A DNA stretch of 64,000 nt from an uncultured Gemmatimonadales bacterium (GCA_963823035.1 CAWGKG010000004.1:224001-288000), one strand, 5' to 3'; counted from the first letter of the stretch, positions 43,190-54,175 are shown. The notes: generated by a model not told the origin, from the sequence alone. Made by a program: numbers and translations.

Positions 43190-45817
43190 TCAGCGCCCGG
43201 GTCCGAGGAGGACGGCGTTCATGAACAGCAGCATGGTCGCCTCGGTGTAGGCCCGGTAGTTCGGATCCTCCGCGAACGCCACGATCTGCCCGCGACCCAC
43301 CGGCTGGTGGATCAACCAGGCCTTGTTCGCGAGCTGCGGCTTCGCCTCCTCCCACACCGTTCCGCTGAGCACCAGGGCGTCCAGGTCGGCGTAGTGCCCC
43401 ACGTTCGTGCCGCGGTCGAGCTGGATGGGCGTGAAGACGCGGGTGCTCTCCGCGAACGTGCCGATCTCGCCGTCGGTGCCGGCCGCGAGCCAGTGGTCCG
43501 TGTCGAGGATCGTGCGCAGGATCGCGCCGGGCACCGGCTCGGGCGCCTCGTCCCCGGGTGCGATCGCCTCGAGGTAGTCGATCGGCTGGTCGGGCGTGGA
43601 CTTCTTCGGCGCGTCGTCGCCTTCGGCCCGGCCGCCCCGGCGCTCCGTATGGGTGGCGAGCAGCCCCACCCCCTCCTCCGTGGCCCAGCGCGAAGACTCG
43701 CCGAGCGTGACGAGCGTGCCTCCGTCCCTCATCCATCCCTGGAGGCGATCGACCAGGCCACGGCCGACCACGCCCGCGTAGTTGCCGCTCGGGAAGATCA
43801 CGACGTCGTACTCCGCGAGCACCACGCGACCGAGGCTCGCCGCGCGTACGGCCGTGACGGGCTGGCCGTAGCGGCGCTCGAGGGCGTAGCGGGCCCATCC
43901 CACCGAGAGGCTCGAGCCGGGCGCGTCGTAGACGAGCAGGACGCGCGGCGCGCGCAGCGAGCGCGTACGCCCGCTCCCGAGCGATGTGCCCACGCGGATG
44001 TACGAGTCGTCGACCGGCACGACCTCCGCGCCGTGGCGGGCGGCGATCTCCCCGAGGCGGCCGGCCAGATCCGGCCCGTTGTCCGACACGCGCACGATCG
44101 CCGTGCCGACACCGTACTTCCGGTCTCCCAGCGTGAAGTCGCCGCCGGAGGAGCGGATGCGGATCCCTGCGCGCAGCGCCTCCGCCACGGTGGCGGCGGC
44201 CTCGACGCCCCACGGGAGGAGGTAGCCGACCGTCGCGCTCGGCAGGGCGCCGCCAGGGGTGGGTGGCTCCACCACCACGGGTGCCCCGCGGGCCCCGGTG
44301 GCGCGGGCCACCGGAAGGGCCTCGACGTCCCAGAGGAGCGATTGGCTCCACGCGGTCACGTCGTAGATCTCGTCGCGCTCGCGGTTGGCGCGCCGCTGGA
44401 CCTGGCGCCGGATGAAGGCGCTGTCCATGGGCACGTTGGTGTCGAGGAGGATGTGGGCCATGCGCGAGTCCGGCTGGTCCAGCGGGACGACGTACGTTCC
44501 CGCCGCCGCGAGCGTGCGGCCTTCGACGCGCACGGGTCCGGGTGCCTCGAAGACCTCCACCCCGTTCCGGACGAGAAGGCGGGCCAGGCGGGCGGAGAGG
44601 CCGGGGTCGTGGGCGGTCAGGACGTACTCGGCCGGCCCACCGGGCACCCCGCGCACGCCGTCGCGCCGGAAGGCGAGCCAGTCGCGCAGGATGCGCTCCC
44701 GGTTGCGCGCGGCGGTCACCATCGTCTGGATGGCGGCCGTGAAGTGGTGGGTCACGCCGTCGCCGTAGGTCATGAGGTCCCCGTCGTCCCGGCGCAGCAC
44801 GAGCGCGCGCGGCGACGCCTGCTCGTAGGTCATGCCGAGCGCGCCGTGGGACATGGGCCACATGTCCACGTAGCCGGGATAGAAGAGGTCGTAGGTGTCC
44901 CGGTTGAAGTAGGCGAACCCACGGCGATCGAACGCGGCCGCGTTGGCCGCGCCGAACACGTCCATGAGGCCGATCTGGGCCGGCGTGAACCAGGGGTTGG
45001 CGGGTGGCGCCGTGGGCGGGAAGAAGTAGGTGGAGTTGCCGCTCATCTCGTGGAGGTCGGCCACGACCTGGGGGTGGTACGCAAGCATGACGCCCACCTT
45101 CCCCCGCGTCTCCGGCTGGCTCTGGATGAAGAGGTCCCGGTTGAGGTCGAAGAGGTAGTGGTTGCCGCGACCGCCGGGCCACGGCTCGTCGTGCTCGGCG
45201 GACCAGGTTGCCGCGTCGGGCCAGCGCGCCTGGGCGACCTGGTTCTGGTAGACGAAGCGGTTGCGTCCGTCCGGATTCTCCATCGGGTCGATGAGCACGA
45301 GGCTCTCGCGCAGCACCATGTCGACGTCCGCGTCTCCCCGGGCGGCGAGCAGGTGGTAGGCCTCGGCCATCCCGGCGCCGTTCGAGCTGATCTCGTTCCC
45401 GTGGATCCCGTGCAGGATCATCGTCACCACCGGGAGGTCGGCCAGCAGCCGCTCCGCATCGGCATCCGTGAGGCCGCGCGGGTCCGCGAGGCTGTCGAGC
45501 CCGGCCCGGACGGCTTCCAGCCTCGCGATGCGCTCGGTGGAGCCGACCACCAGCACGACGAGCGGTCGGCCCTCCCAGCTCTCCGCGTAGCGGATCAGGC
45601 GCGTGCGCTCGGGCGCGGCCTCGTGCAGCGCCTCGAAGTACCGGACGATCTGGTCGGGCGTGGTGACGCGCTCGCGGAACGCGTGGCCGACCACCTGCTC
45701 GAGCGTGGGGATCGCCGGGTCGTAGCGAACCCCCGGCGCGAGGGGTTGGTCTCGCGCTGGGATCTGCGGAAGGGGTTGGGTCTGGAGGAGGGCGGCGAGG
45801 GCGAAAGCGGCGAGCAT
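43190..45817 (-). CDS. Secreted M14-family zinc carboxypeptidase
   Basis: GIHGNE, ENPDGR, NHYLFDLNRD, DLHEM, YDVTAWS and AFAEDPNYR. Confidence 0.9.
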   Translation of the reverse strand: MLAAFALAALLQTQPLPQIPARDQPLAPGVRYDPAIPTLEQVVGHAFRERVTTPDQIVRYFEALHEAAPERTRLIRYAESWEGRPLVVLVVGSTERIARLEAVRAGLDSLADPRGLTDADAERLLADLPVVTMILHGIHGNEISSNGAGMAEAYHLLAARGDADVDMVLRESLVLIDPMENPDGRNRFVYQNQVAQARWPDAATWSAEHDEPWPGGRGNHYLFDLNRDLFIQSQPETRGKVGVMLAYHPQVVADLHEMSGNSTYFFPPTAPPANPWFTPAQIGLMDVFGAANAAAFDRRGFAYFNRDTYDLFYPGYVDMWPMSHGALGMTYEQASPRALVLRRDDGDLMTYGDGVTHHFTAAIQTMVTAARNRERILRDWLAFRRDGVRGVPGGPAEYVLTAHDPGLSARLARLLVRNGVEVFEAPGPVRVEGRTLAAAGTYVVPLDQPDSRMAHILLDTNVPMDSAFIRRQVQRRANRERDEIYDVTAWSQSLLWDVEALPVARATGARGAPVVVEPPTPGGALPSATVGYLLPWGVEAAATVAEALRAGIRIRSSGGDFTLGDRKYGVGTAIVRVSDNGPDLAGRLGEIAARHGAEVVPVDDSYIRVGTSLGSGRTRSLRAPRVLLVYDAPGSSLSVGWARYALERRYGQPVTAVRAASLGRVVLAEYDVVIFPSGNYAGVVGRGLVDRLQGWMRDGGTLVTLGESSRWATEEGVGLLATHTERRGGRAEGDDAPKKSTPDQPIDYLEAIAPGDEAPEPVPGAILRTILDTDHWLAAGTDGEIGTFAESTRVFTPIQLDRGTNVGHYADLDALVLSGTVWEEAKPQLANKAWLIHQPVGRGQIVAFAEDPNYRAYTEATMLLFMNAVLLGPGR

Positions 45818-45967
45818 CGGGGGCTCCGCGGGTCTCGGAAGCGAGGGTTCGATCGGCAGGGGCGGGAGAATAACCTCCGGACCCTGCCGACGCCCCCCGC
45901 GGGGGGACCTTTCGGCGCCTCTCGATGCTATCATTGTCGCCGGACAACCGTGGAACAGGAGCTCGCG

Positions 45968-47188
45968 TTGAGATCTGTCTCGTTCGCACTCGTAGCATCG
46001 ATCGTCGCCCTGGCCCATGCCCCCGCGCTCGGGGCCCAGGACACGCCGCCGCCCGCGCTCACCGAGGTCGAGAACGCGCGGTCGCGCACCTGCGTGGGCG
46101 CACTGGACCGACTCGGCGACCTCAACATGCGGCTGGAGCCGCTGGGGCGGCGGGCCAACAGGCTGCGCGTGCTGAGCCAGGCCATCGCGCTGGAGGACTC
46201 GACCCAGGCCGCACCCTTCCGGACGGACGACCCGGTCGAGGCTGCCGTGCAGGCGTGGTTCCAGCAGGACCAGGAGCTGGGCCGCCGCCTTGCGGAGGCC
46301 GGGGACTCGACCCTCGCCCCGCAGCGGGCGGAGGCGAAGGCGGCGGTTCGCCAGCGCCTCCAACAGGACATGGACAGCCTGCGCACGAAGGCCGACGCCG
46401 AATCCAAGGACGCGCCTGAGATCCAGGCGGCCGCCATGCCCTGTCAGGGCGCGGTGCTCGTGCGGCCGGCCGTCATGGAGGAGTGCCGTGCCACCTCCAG
46501 TGACAGCCAGGTTTGCGCGGCCGCGGCGGACACGACCCAGAACGCGCTCTTCCGCTTCGTGAACGCGGCGAACGACCTCTGGAACATCGAGGAGCTTCGG
46601 CCCTGGTCCGATCCCGGGCCGCTGCAGGTGGCGCAGGACGGCTCGCTCGTGGGCGCGCGCACGGCGGCGCGCTCACGGCTGGGCAACGTGGTGGTCGCGG
46701 TGGCGCTCGCCCCGCTGATCCGCGAGCGGACGCAGGTGGACTCCGCGCAGGCCGCCGAGTTCGACGCCAACCTCGACTCGCTCGGCTTCACCTTCGACGT
46801 GCCGCGCTTCATCATGGCGCCGGCGCTCGAGGTGCAGGCCAACCTCCCGGCCCCGCTGGGTGGGGAGACGCACTACCTCCTCCATTTCGGGGAGCCGGAC
46901 GCGCCGCAGATCGTGTGGAGCGTGCCCGCCGACTCCGGCGGCATGGTCCAGGCGGTGATCCCGCTCACGGGCGACGACCTCAACAAGCTCCAGGCCGGCG
47001 AGCCGCTCAGCCTCACGGCGGTCAGGATGGCCGGACCCCCGGAGGAGGGAAAGCCGCCGCAGGCGGAGTTCGTGTACAGCCTGAGCCTGATGCAGATCGG
47101 CGAATCGCGCGCGACCACGGCGCTGCTCGACTACATGGCGCACGGCCAGCTCGCGGAGGACCTGAAGCGGATCACCTCGGCGGGGTAG
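45968..47188 (+). CDS. Secreted hypothetical protein
   Basis: AGGAG RBS plus TTG; signal peptide ending ALGAQ; helical N-half with 4 Cys and a beta-rich C-half. Confidence 0.75.
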   Translation: MRSVSFALVASIVALAHAPALGAQDTPPPALTEVENARSRTCVGALDRLGDLNMRLEPLGRRANRLRVLSQAIALEDSTQAAPFRTDDPVEAAVQAWFQQDQELGRRLAEAGDSTLAPQRAEAKAAVRQRLQQDMDSLRTKADAESKDAPEIQAAAMPCQGAVLVRPAVMEECRATSSDSQVCAAAADTTQNALFRFVNAANDLWNIEELRPWSDPGPLQVAQDGSLVGARTAARSRLGNVVVAVALAPLIRERTQVDSAQAAEFDANLDSLGFTFDVPRFIMAPALEVQANLPAPLGGETHYLLHFGEPDAPQIVWSVPADSGGMVQAVIPLTGDDLNKLQAGEPLSLTAVRMAGPPEEGKPPQAEFVYSLSLMQIGESRATTALLDYMAHGQLAEDLKRITSAG

Positions 47189-47236
47189 AGGCCGGGGCGC
47201 GTCCCCACATCGGCCGGAGCGGGCGGGGGTGTTAGG

Positions 47237-48809
47237 TTGATCGACCCCATCCCTCCCGATCCACCGACGTCCGCCGTGCACCAGCCCGCCGACCCGCTCC
47301 GCGTTCTCCGCGACGTCTTCGGCTTCGAGTCCTTCCGCCCCGGCCAGCGCGAGGTGATCGACGCCGTGCTGGCAGGGTCGCGACTGCATCGCGGTCATGC
47401 CGACCGGTGCGGGGAAGTCGCTCACCTATCAGCTCCCCGCGCGCATCCTGGAGGGGACGGTCCTGGTGATCTCCCCCCTGATCAGCCTCATGAAGGATCA
47501 GGTGGACGCGCTGCGCGCCTTCGGATTCCGCGCGGTCGAGATCAACTCGACCCTCGCCCTCGAGGAGCGGCAGGCGCGACTCGCCGGCCTGCGCCGGGGC
47601 GCGTACGAGCTCGTGTTCCTCGCGCCGGAGGCGCTCGACGGGCGGCTGCGCGACTTCGTGCAAGGGTGCCCGATCTCGCTCCTGGTCGTGGACGAGGCCC
47701 ACTGCATCAGCCAGTGGGGGCACGACTTCCGCCCCTCCTACCGACGGCTCGAGGGGTTGAAGACGGGGCTGGACGTCCCGGTGCTGGCGCTCACCGCCAC
47801 GGCAACGCGTGCGGTGGCGCGTGACATCCTGCGCCAACTCGGCATGAAGAGGCCCGCCGGCTACAAGGGCTCCTTCTTCCGCGCCAACCTGCACGTGCGC
47901 TGCCGCAAGAAGGGCTCCGGCAACACGCGCAAGGAGATCCTCGCGCTCGTGCGCCGCCGCGCCGGCGAGAGCGGGATCGTCTACTGCCTGAGCCGCCGCG
48001 GCGTCGAGCAGACCGCGGAGTTCCTGCGCCAGAGCGGCGTGCGGGCCGTGCCCTACCACGCCGGCCTCCCCGACGAGGAGCGCCACGCCAACCAGGAGGC
48101 CTTCCAGCGGGACGACGTGGACGTGGTGGTCGCGACCGTCGCCTTCGGGATGGGGATCGACAAGTCCAACGTCCGTTTCGTGATCCACCGGGACATGCCG
48201 AAGGATGTGGAGTCGTGGTACCAGGAGATGGGCCGCGCCGGCCGCGACGGCCTGGAGAGCGACTGCACGCTCTTCTACTCGTGGGCGGACGTGAAGCTGC
48301 ACGAGCGCTTCCTCTCGGAGATCGACGACCCGGAGCTGTGGCGCGCCAAACGGCAGGGGACCGTCGCGCTCTTCGAGCTCCTGGAGTCGGGGCGGTGCAG
48401 GCACCAGGCGGTCTTGCGGCACTTCGACGAGGAGATGGCGCCGTGCGGCGCGTCGTGCGACGTGTGCACCGGCGTCGGCGCGGAGGACCTGGCCGCCGAG
48501 ACGATGATGGCGCGACGCTCGGTCGGCGGGCGACGCGCCGCGGTGTCCGCCCACGTGCGGTCCACCGTCGGGCCCGGGGACGTGCTGTCGGGCGCGGACG
48601 GAGCGCTCTTCGAGCGGCTGCGCGCCCTGCGCAAGGAGCTGGCGGACGGGCAGGGCGTGCCGGCCTACATCGTCTTCAGCGACAAGGTGCTCAAGGAGAT
48701 GGCCGCGCGGCGGCCCGCCACGCCCGCTCAGCTCCTGGAGGTTCCCGGCGTGGGCCCGGCGAAGCTCGAACGGTACGGGCGGGCCTTCCTCGAGGCGCTC
48801 GGCGCGTAG
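47237..48809 (+). CDS. recQ: RecQ-family DNA helicase with HRDC; frameshift near 47380
   Basis: [53 protein letters not shown], the Zn Cys cluster and HRDC (VPAYIVFSD). Confidence 0.92.
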
Positions 48810-48810
48810 C

Positions 48811-49302
48811 CTACTTCTGCTCGTCGGCCGACGGGCCGTACATCCCCGGCACGGGCACGTCCAGAAGCCGCAGGTACACGGTCAGTTGCGCCCTGTGGTG
48901 GATGAGGTGGCTCATCACGAACGAGCGGAAGATGTCCGACCGCGGTTGCGTGAACCACACCTGATCCCCGGACCGCAGCGTCCAGTCCACCTTCATGTCG
49001 TCGGCGCTCGTCTTCTCGAGCACCGACCGCGCGTTCGACACCGCCTCATCGAAGTGCTTCAGGATGTCCTCGCGGTTCGTCGGGAGCGTACGATCGAACG
49101 GCTGATCGAGGTCCAGCTCGGTGGTGGTGAGGGTGATGGAGGTCCACGTGGGGATATTGGCCACGTGCGCCGCGAGATCGTGCAGGCTGAACGACTTCTC
49201 GTGCGGCTTGAAGTCCAGCTTGCCGTCCGGCACCCGCTCCAGTGCCTTGCGCGTGTTGGCCATCTCCTGGTCGAATTCGGGCAGCAGCGTCGTTCCGTTC
49301 AT
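48811..49302 (-). CDS. DinB-family protein
   Basis: FKPHEKS..L..LA.H and HLIHHRAQLTVYLRLLDVPVPGMYGPSAD. Confidence 0.9.
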   Translation of the reverse strand: MNGTTLLPEFDQEMANTRKALERVPDGKLDFKPHEKSFSLHDLAAHVANIPTWTSITLTTTELDLDQPFDRTLPTNREDILKHFDEAVSNARSVLEKTSADDMKVDWTLRSGDQVWFTQPRSDIFRSFVMSHLIHHRAQLTVYLRLLDVPVPGMYGPSADEQK

Positions 49303-49457
49303 CCTTGTCGTCCTCGTCGTCACGGTGGATGGAGATCGGGGGACCAAATAAAAACCGAAACCGGCCTGATCGCAAGACTTTTCGACGGGCGTTTCGCGCG
49401 ACCTTGCCTGGGCGGCTCCGGTGTGGCCTCTTGATCCGTCCACACCCCGGAGGCCCC

Positions 49458-50999
49458 ATGCGACGCGCGACGCTCCTCCTCCCTCTGCTCCTCACGGTCA
49501 CGGCCTGCTCGGCGGGGCCCCCCGACCACGCCCCGTTCCGTGTCGCCGTGGCGAAGTTCCAGCACGAGACGTGCACGTTCTGTCCCGGTGGCGACGTGAC
49601 CGTCGAGGACTGGACTCGGCTGGGCCCACCCCTCTCCGGCGACGACCTCTTGCGCTCGGACGGGTTCATCCGCGGCTTCGTCCTGCAGGCGACGGACTAC
49701 GGAGACATGGAGCTGGTGGGGCTCACCTCGCCGGACGAGGTGTTCGGAGGCTCGTCCCGAGCGTGGAGCACGAAGGAGACCTTCGAGCACTTCCTCGACG
49801 GGATGATCGAGGAGCTGCGGGCGGCGATGCCCGTGGACGGAGTCTATCTCGCGCTGCACGGCGCGATGGGCGTGCGTGACGTCCCGAGGCCCGAAGCGGA
49901 GATCGCGCGCCGCTTCCGTGAGGTCGTGGGCCCGCACGTCCCGATCGCCGCCACCTTCGACCTGCACGGCAACGAGGACGCGGAATTCCTGCGTCAGGCC
50001 GACTTCTCCTTCGTGACCAAGCGCTATCCCCACTACGACGCGGGGCTGCAGGGCCAGCGCGCCGCCCGGGCGCTGCACCGGGTCATGAGCGGCACCTACA
50101 CGCCCACTGCGGCCACCAGGAAGCCCGGTGTGATCACGCCCACGGTCCTGCAGTGGACGGGCGCCTCGCCGTCGATGGAGATCATGGAGCGGGCGCGCCG
50201 GTGGGAGGCGCGCGAGCCGGACGCCTTCGTGAGCGTCTTCTACGGCTTCCCGTGGACCGACGTCCCGGACGTGGGGGCGACCGTGCAGGTCATGACGAAC
50301 GGCGACCAGGCGCTCGCCGACCGCATCGCGGACGACATGAGCGACTTCATCTGGCGCGTGCGCGAGCCGTTCGCGAACGGGAGGCTGCCGCTGCCCGACG
50401 AGGCAGCGCGTATCGTGCGCGGCGCCATCCGTGACGGGCGCGTGCCCGTGGCCGTCGGCGACCACTCCGACCGCCCGGGGGACGCGACGCACATCCTGCG
50501 CGCCTTCGAGGCCGCCGGTATCGACAAGGTGCTGTACGGCGCGATCACCTCACCGGCCGTTCTCGACGGCCTGCGCGCCCGCGGCGCCCAGGCCGGCGAC
50601 GCCTTCGACATGGCGGTGGGCGGCACCACCGAATCGGGCGGAGAGCCCTATCCGATCGAGGGGACCGTGGTCTGGGTGGGGCCGTGGGCGGGCTACGACT
50701 ACACGGCGGCGGTGGCCTTCGGCGCCGGCAACCTGGTCGTGCTCGTGCCGGCCTACACGCAGATCACCGATCCGGGGGGCTTCGCCTTCGGCCCGGTGGA
50801 CCCGGCCGACTACGACGTCTTCGTGGTGAAGTCCCGCGTGCACTTTCGTCGCGGCTTCGACGAGACCGGCTTCGCGAAGACGATCGTGGTGGTGGAGGCT
50901 CCCCGGCCGTACGTGGGCACGACCTATCTCGACGCCCTGCCGTACGAGCACGCCGACCTCACGCGGCTCTATCCGTACGGGACGCCCGAAGGTCGCTGA
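49458..50999 (+). CDS. M81-family metallopeptidase (MlrC-like), lipoprotein
   Basis: Lipobox TAC; HETCTF, LALHGAM, DLHGN, YPHYD, D.PG and VKSRVHFR. Confidence 0.88.
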   Translation: MRRATLLLPLLLTVTACSAGPPDHAPFRVAVAKFQHETCTFCPGGDVTVEDWTRLGPPLSGDDLLRSDGFIRGFVLQATDYGDMELVGLTSPDEVFGGSSRAWSTKETFEHFLDGMIEELRAAMPVDGVYLALHGAMGVRDVPRPEAEIARRFREVVGPHVPIAATFDLHGNEDAEFLRQADFSFVTKRYPHYDAGLQGQRAARALHRVMSGTYTPTAATRKPGVITPTVLQWTGASPSMEIMERARRWEAREPDAFVSVFYGFPWTDVPDVGATVQVMTNGDQALADRIADDMSDFIWRVREPFANGRLPLPDEAARIVRGAIRDGRVPVAVGDHSDRPGDATHILRAFEAAGIDKVLYGAITSPAVLDGLRARGAQAGDAFDMAVGGTTESGGEPYPIEGTVVWVGPWAGYDYTAAVAFGAGNLVVLVPAYTQITDPGGFAFGPVDPADYDVFVVKSRVHFRRGFDETGFAKTIVVVEAPRPYVGTTYLDALPYEHADLTRLYPYGTPEGR

Positions 51000-51109
51000 G
51001 GGGGTACGAATCCCCACAGCCGCGCGGGGAGTCTGCCCGATTCCGGGAACGGGGCGCCGTCGCGAATGTGAGGGGTAGATCGTCCCCGCCACGACGGGAG
51101 GCACCGCCC

Positions 51110-52189
51110 ATGACGTCCCTTCCCGCGGTGACCGAAGCCCGCTTCCAGGGTCTCGGCCGCCTGATCGGAAACACCCCGCTGCTGTCCGTGGACTACACCT
51201 TCCGCGGAAGCCGGCGGCGCATCTTCGCCAAGAGCGAGAACCTGAACATGACGGGGAGCGTGAAGGACCGGATGGCGCTCCACCTCCTGCGTCGGGCCCA
51301 CGAGACGGGCGCGCTGCAGCCGGGCGCGGTGATCGTCGAGGCCGCGCAGGGCAACGTGGCGATCTCTCTGGCGGCGGTGGGGCGGGCGCTGGGCCATCCC
51401 GTCGCCCTCTTCATGCCGGACTGGATGAGCTCGGAGCGCATGAGCCTGGTGCGCTCGTACGGCGCATCGATCTACCCGATCGGCGAAGAGGGTGGGGGCT
51501 TTCTCGGGGCGGTGGGGCGCGCGGAGGAGTTGGTCGGCCATTCGCCCGGCTCCTTCCTTCCGCGGTCGTTCGCCAACGACGACAACTGCGCGGCGCACGA
51601 GGCCACGACCGGGCCCGAGATCCACTGGCAGCTCGGAGCGCACGGCCTCGCGCCGGACGCCTTCGTCGTCGGGGTCGGCACGGCCGGGACCGTCATGGGG
51701 GTGGGTCGGTACCTCGTCGCGCACCATCCGGAGGTGCGCATCCATCCGGTCGAGTCCTCCAACGCGCCCATGCTGTCGAAGGGGAAGCCGATCGGGCGCC
51801 ACCGGGTTCCGGGCTTCTCCGAGGAGTTCATGCCGCCGCTGCTGGACCTCACCGCTCTGGACCACGTCGTGGCGGTGGACGATGGCGACGCGATCCTCAT
51901 GGCGCAGAAGCTGGCGTGCACGCTGGGCCTCGGCGTCGGCATCAGCTCCGGTGCGAACTTCCTCGGCGCCGTGCTCGTCCAGGACCTCCTCGGCAGCGAC
52001 GCGGTCGTGACGACGCTCTTCCCGGACACCAACCGCCTGTACCTCTCCACGGACCTGTTCCGGGAGGAGCCGGCCGGGAAGGAGCACCTGGCGCCCTGGA
52101 TCGAGCTGGAGGGGTTCACGGCCATCAACCGCGCGTGCCCCGCCTGCGACACGTCGGCGGAGCTGGTGCGCCTGGCGGCCGGGATCTAG
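51110..52189 (+). CDS. Cysteine-synthase-family PLP enzyme (atypical substrate loop)
   Basis: IGNTPL, KSENLNMTGSVKDR, TGPEI, GVGTAGT and GISSGAN. Confidence 0.85.
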   Translation: MTSLPAVTEARFQGLGRLIGNTPLLSVDYTFRGSRRRIFAKSENLNMTGSVKDRMALHLLRRAHETGALQPGAVIVEAAQGNVAISLAAVGRALGHPVALFMPDWMSSERMSLVRSYGASIYPIGEEGGGFLGAVGRAEELVGHSPGSFLPRSFANDDNCAAHEATTGPEIHWQLGAHGLAPDAFVVGVGTAGTVMGVGRYLVAHHPEVRIHPVESSNAPMLSKGKPIGRHRVPGFSEEFMPPLLDLTALDHVVAVDDGDAILMAQKLACTLGLGVGISSGANFLGAVLVQDLLGSDAVVTTLFPDTNRLYLSTDLFREEPAGKEHLAPWIELEGFTAINRACPACDTSAELVRLAAGI

Positions 52190-52195
52190 GGACCG

Positions 52196-52966
52196 CTAGC
52201 CCGGCGGAAGCTCCGCCGGGGTCTCGGTGCCCGCGAGGGATGACTCGGCCACGGCCGCGGCGACCTCGTCGGCCACCCGCTCGACCAGCGTCGTCAGGAC
52301 CGCGCGACGCCTGCGCACGATCACGCGGTAGATCTGGCGAGCGGTGACGAGCGCAAGGCCGACCATGCCGATGGGGCACGCCACGGCGAAGAGCGTGGAT
52401 CCGAGCACCTCGAGGCCTACGGACGTACCCAGGGCGACCCCGAGGCCCGCGCCCATGCCCCAGGTCGTTCCCACGAAGAGCCCCGTCGCCGCCCGGTGGA
52501 GACGCTCCTCCGCGCGGATGTGCGTCTCTCCGTTGCGGGAGCTCACCACGACCTGCAGCGACCGGCTCTTCTGCGCGGTCTCGGCCTGCCACGTGAGCGT
52601 GTGCCCCAGGAGGCTGGGCTGACCGTGGGCGTGGGCCACCCCCTGGACGGCCGCCAGCACCCGCTCGAAGCCTTCTTCCCGGAGCTCCCCGGGCACCACG
52701 GCCTGACGGACCAGCGTGACCTTCTCCCCGATGAGGTGCTCCCAACCCTCCGCACCGCCGCCGGACTCCATCTCCGCGGCGGCCCTGCGGAGATGCTGCG
52801 GGTCGATGCCCGCCTCGGCGGCGATCTCCTCCAGCTCCTCCAGGGAGAATCCGCCGCTGGGGTTCGCGCGCACCGGATCCTCGCGCTGAAGCTCGGTGGC
52901 TCGCTCGAGGAGCTTGCCCACCTCCTTCTCGTCGTAGAGTCTGGGTCGTCGAGACGGTTCGGACAT
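52196..52966 (-). CDS. Hypothetical membrane protein
   Basis: N-terminal Y.E.EV..LL.RA...L.EL..IA.EAGI motif and two C-terminal Gly-rich TM helices. Confidence 0.75.
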   Translation of the reverse strand: MSEPSRRPRLYDEKEVGKLLERATELQREDPVRANPSGGFSLEELEEIAAEAGIDPQHLRRAAAEMESGGGAEGWEHLIGEKVTLVRQAVVPGELREEGFERVLAAVQGVAHAHGQPSLLGHTLTWQAETAQKSRSLQVVVSSRNGETHIRAEERLHRAATGLFVGTTWGMGAGLGVALGTSVGLEVLGSTLFAVACPIGMVGLALVTARQIYRVIVRRRRAVLTTLVERVADEVAAAVAESSLAGTETPAELPPG

Positions 52967-53207
52967 CGTCGATGGCAGCTCCGGGAAGGTCCCGGGGGCT
53001 GGGCCGGGCCCCCGGCAGGGGGAACAGGATCGCGCGTCTCATCCCATACGGACAGAGGGAGGGCTTTCGTCCCGACACCCGGGGCCTGACGGGCCCGCTG
53101 GCGGCGGGGACGGTCTCCGACGCAGACTAGGGCCGGATCGGTGCCAGCCGGGCCTGAGGGCTCGGTCGGCGCCGACGCATCCACCGCACCCTCCCGAGGA
53201 GCCACCA

Positions 53208-53642
53208 GTGCCCGCGCCCCAGGACTTCAAGAACCACGCCCGTTTCGTGCCGCTGTACCACTACGTGACGTCTCCGATCCTCCTCGCGGTCCTGGGGTGG
53301 TCGGTCGCGCAGCTCGTGCGCGCACCGACGGTGGACCGCCTCTTCCTCTTCCTCATGGCGCTGGGGCTGGCACTGGCGGCCTACTGGGCACGCGCGTTCG
53401 CCCTGGGCGTGCAGGACCGCGTCATCCGGCTCGAGGAGCGACTGCGCATGGAGCGCATCCTCTCCGACGAGTTGCGCCCGCGGATCGGCGAGTTCACGGT
53501 CGACCAGCTCGTGGGGCTGAGGTTCGCGTCGGACGGGGAGTTGGGCGACCTCGCTCGTCGCGTGCTGGCCGAGGGCATCGCGGATCGGAAGACGATCAAG
53601 TCGATGGTGAAGAGCTGGCGCGCCGACCACCAGCGGGTGTGA
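53208..53642 (+). CDS. DUF6526-like membrane protein
   Basis: QDFKNHARFVPLYHY, QDRVIRLEERLR, LRFASD and WRADHQRV; GAGGAG RBS. Confidence 0.8.
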   Translation: MPAPQDFKNHARFVPLYHYVTSPILLAVLGWSVAQLVRAPTVDRLFLFLMALGLALAAYWARAFALGVQDRVIRLEERLRMERILSDELRPRIGEFTVDQLVGLRFASDGELGDLARRVLAEGIADRKTIKSMVKSWRADHQRV

Positions 53643-53677
53643 CCGCGTTTCGGGGGCGCCCGCCCGGGCGCGGGGGG

Positions 53678-54175
53678 TCAGCGGATCGTGCCCCGCTGCG
53701 TGAGCGTTTGCTCGACGAGGCGCTCCCACTCGCCCGTGGACGGGCAGTCCGTGTAGGCGAGATCCCGCTCGTCGAAGCCTCGGCGGGTCCCGGCCTGGTA
53801 CTGCGCCAGGATCGTGACGGTGGCGCGGTTGGCGCGCCTACGCACCTCGAAGCCGTAGCGTACGCGCAGCGGCGCGGCGGCGCGCCGGGCTGCGCAGGTG
53901 GCATTCCGCCAGCCGGGTCAGGTCCACCTCACCCGGCTCGAAGTACGTCCAGTCCGAGCGGATGGAGCCGAACTGGTCATCGGCCACGAGCACCGGGATG
54001 CTCCGCGACTCGAGCAGCGCCGCCAGCGAGCCGAAGGCCTGCTCGAAGCTGAGCTCCACCAGGACCGCTGGGCGCGCCGGCGGGCGGGAAGGCGGGCGCG
54101 TGCGCCCGCCTGGCAGGAGCCGGCCGCGGCTCCGATCGCCAGCGCGAGCGCGCCCGCCCGGCCCCCGGCCCTCAT
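53678..54175 (-). CDS. Hypothetical lipoprotein; frameshifted
   Basis: Signal ending AGSC; fragments GSIRSDW...LAEC and CPSTGEWE; ATGA overlap with the tricorn protease stop. Confidence 0.55.
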
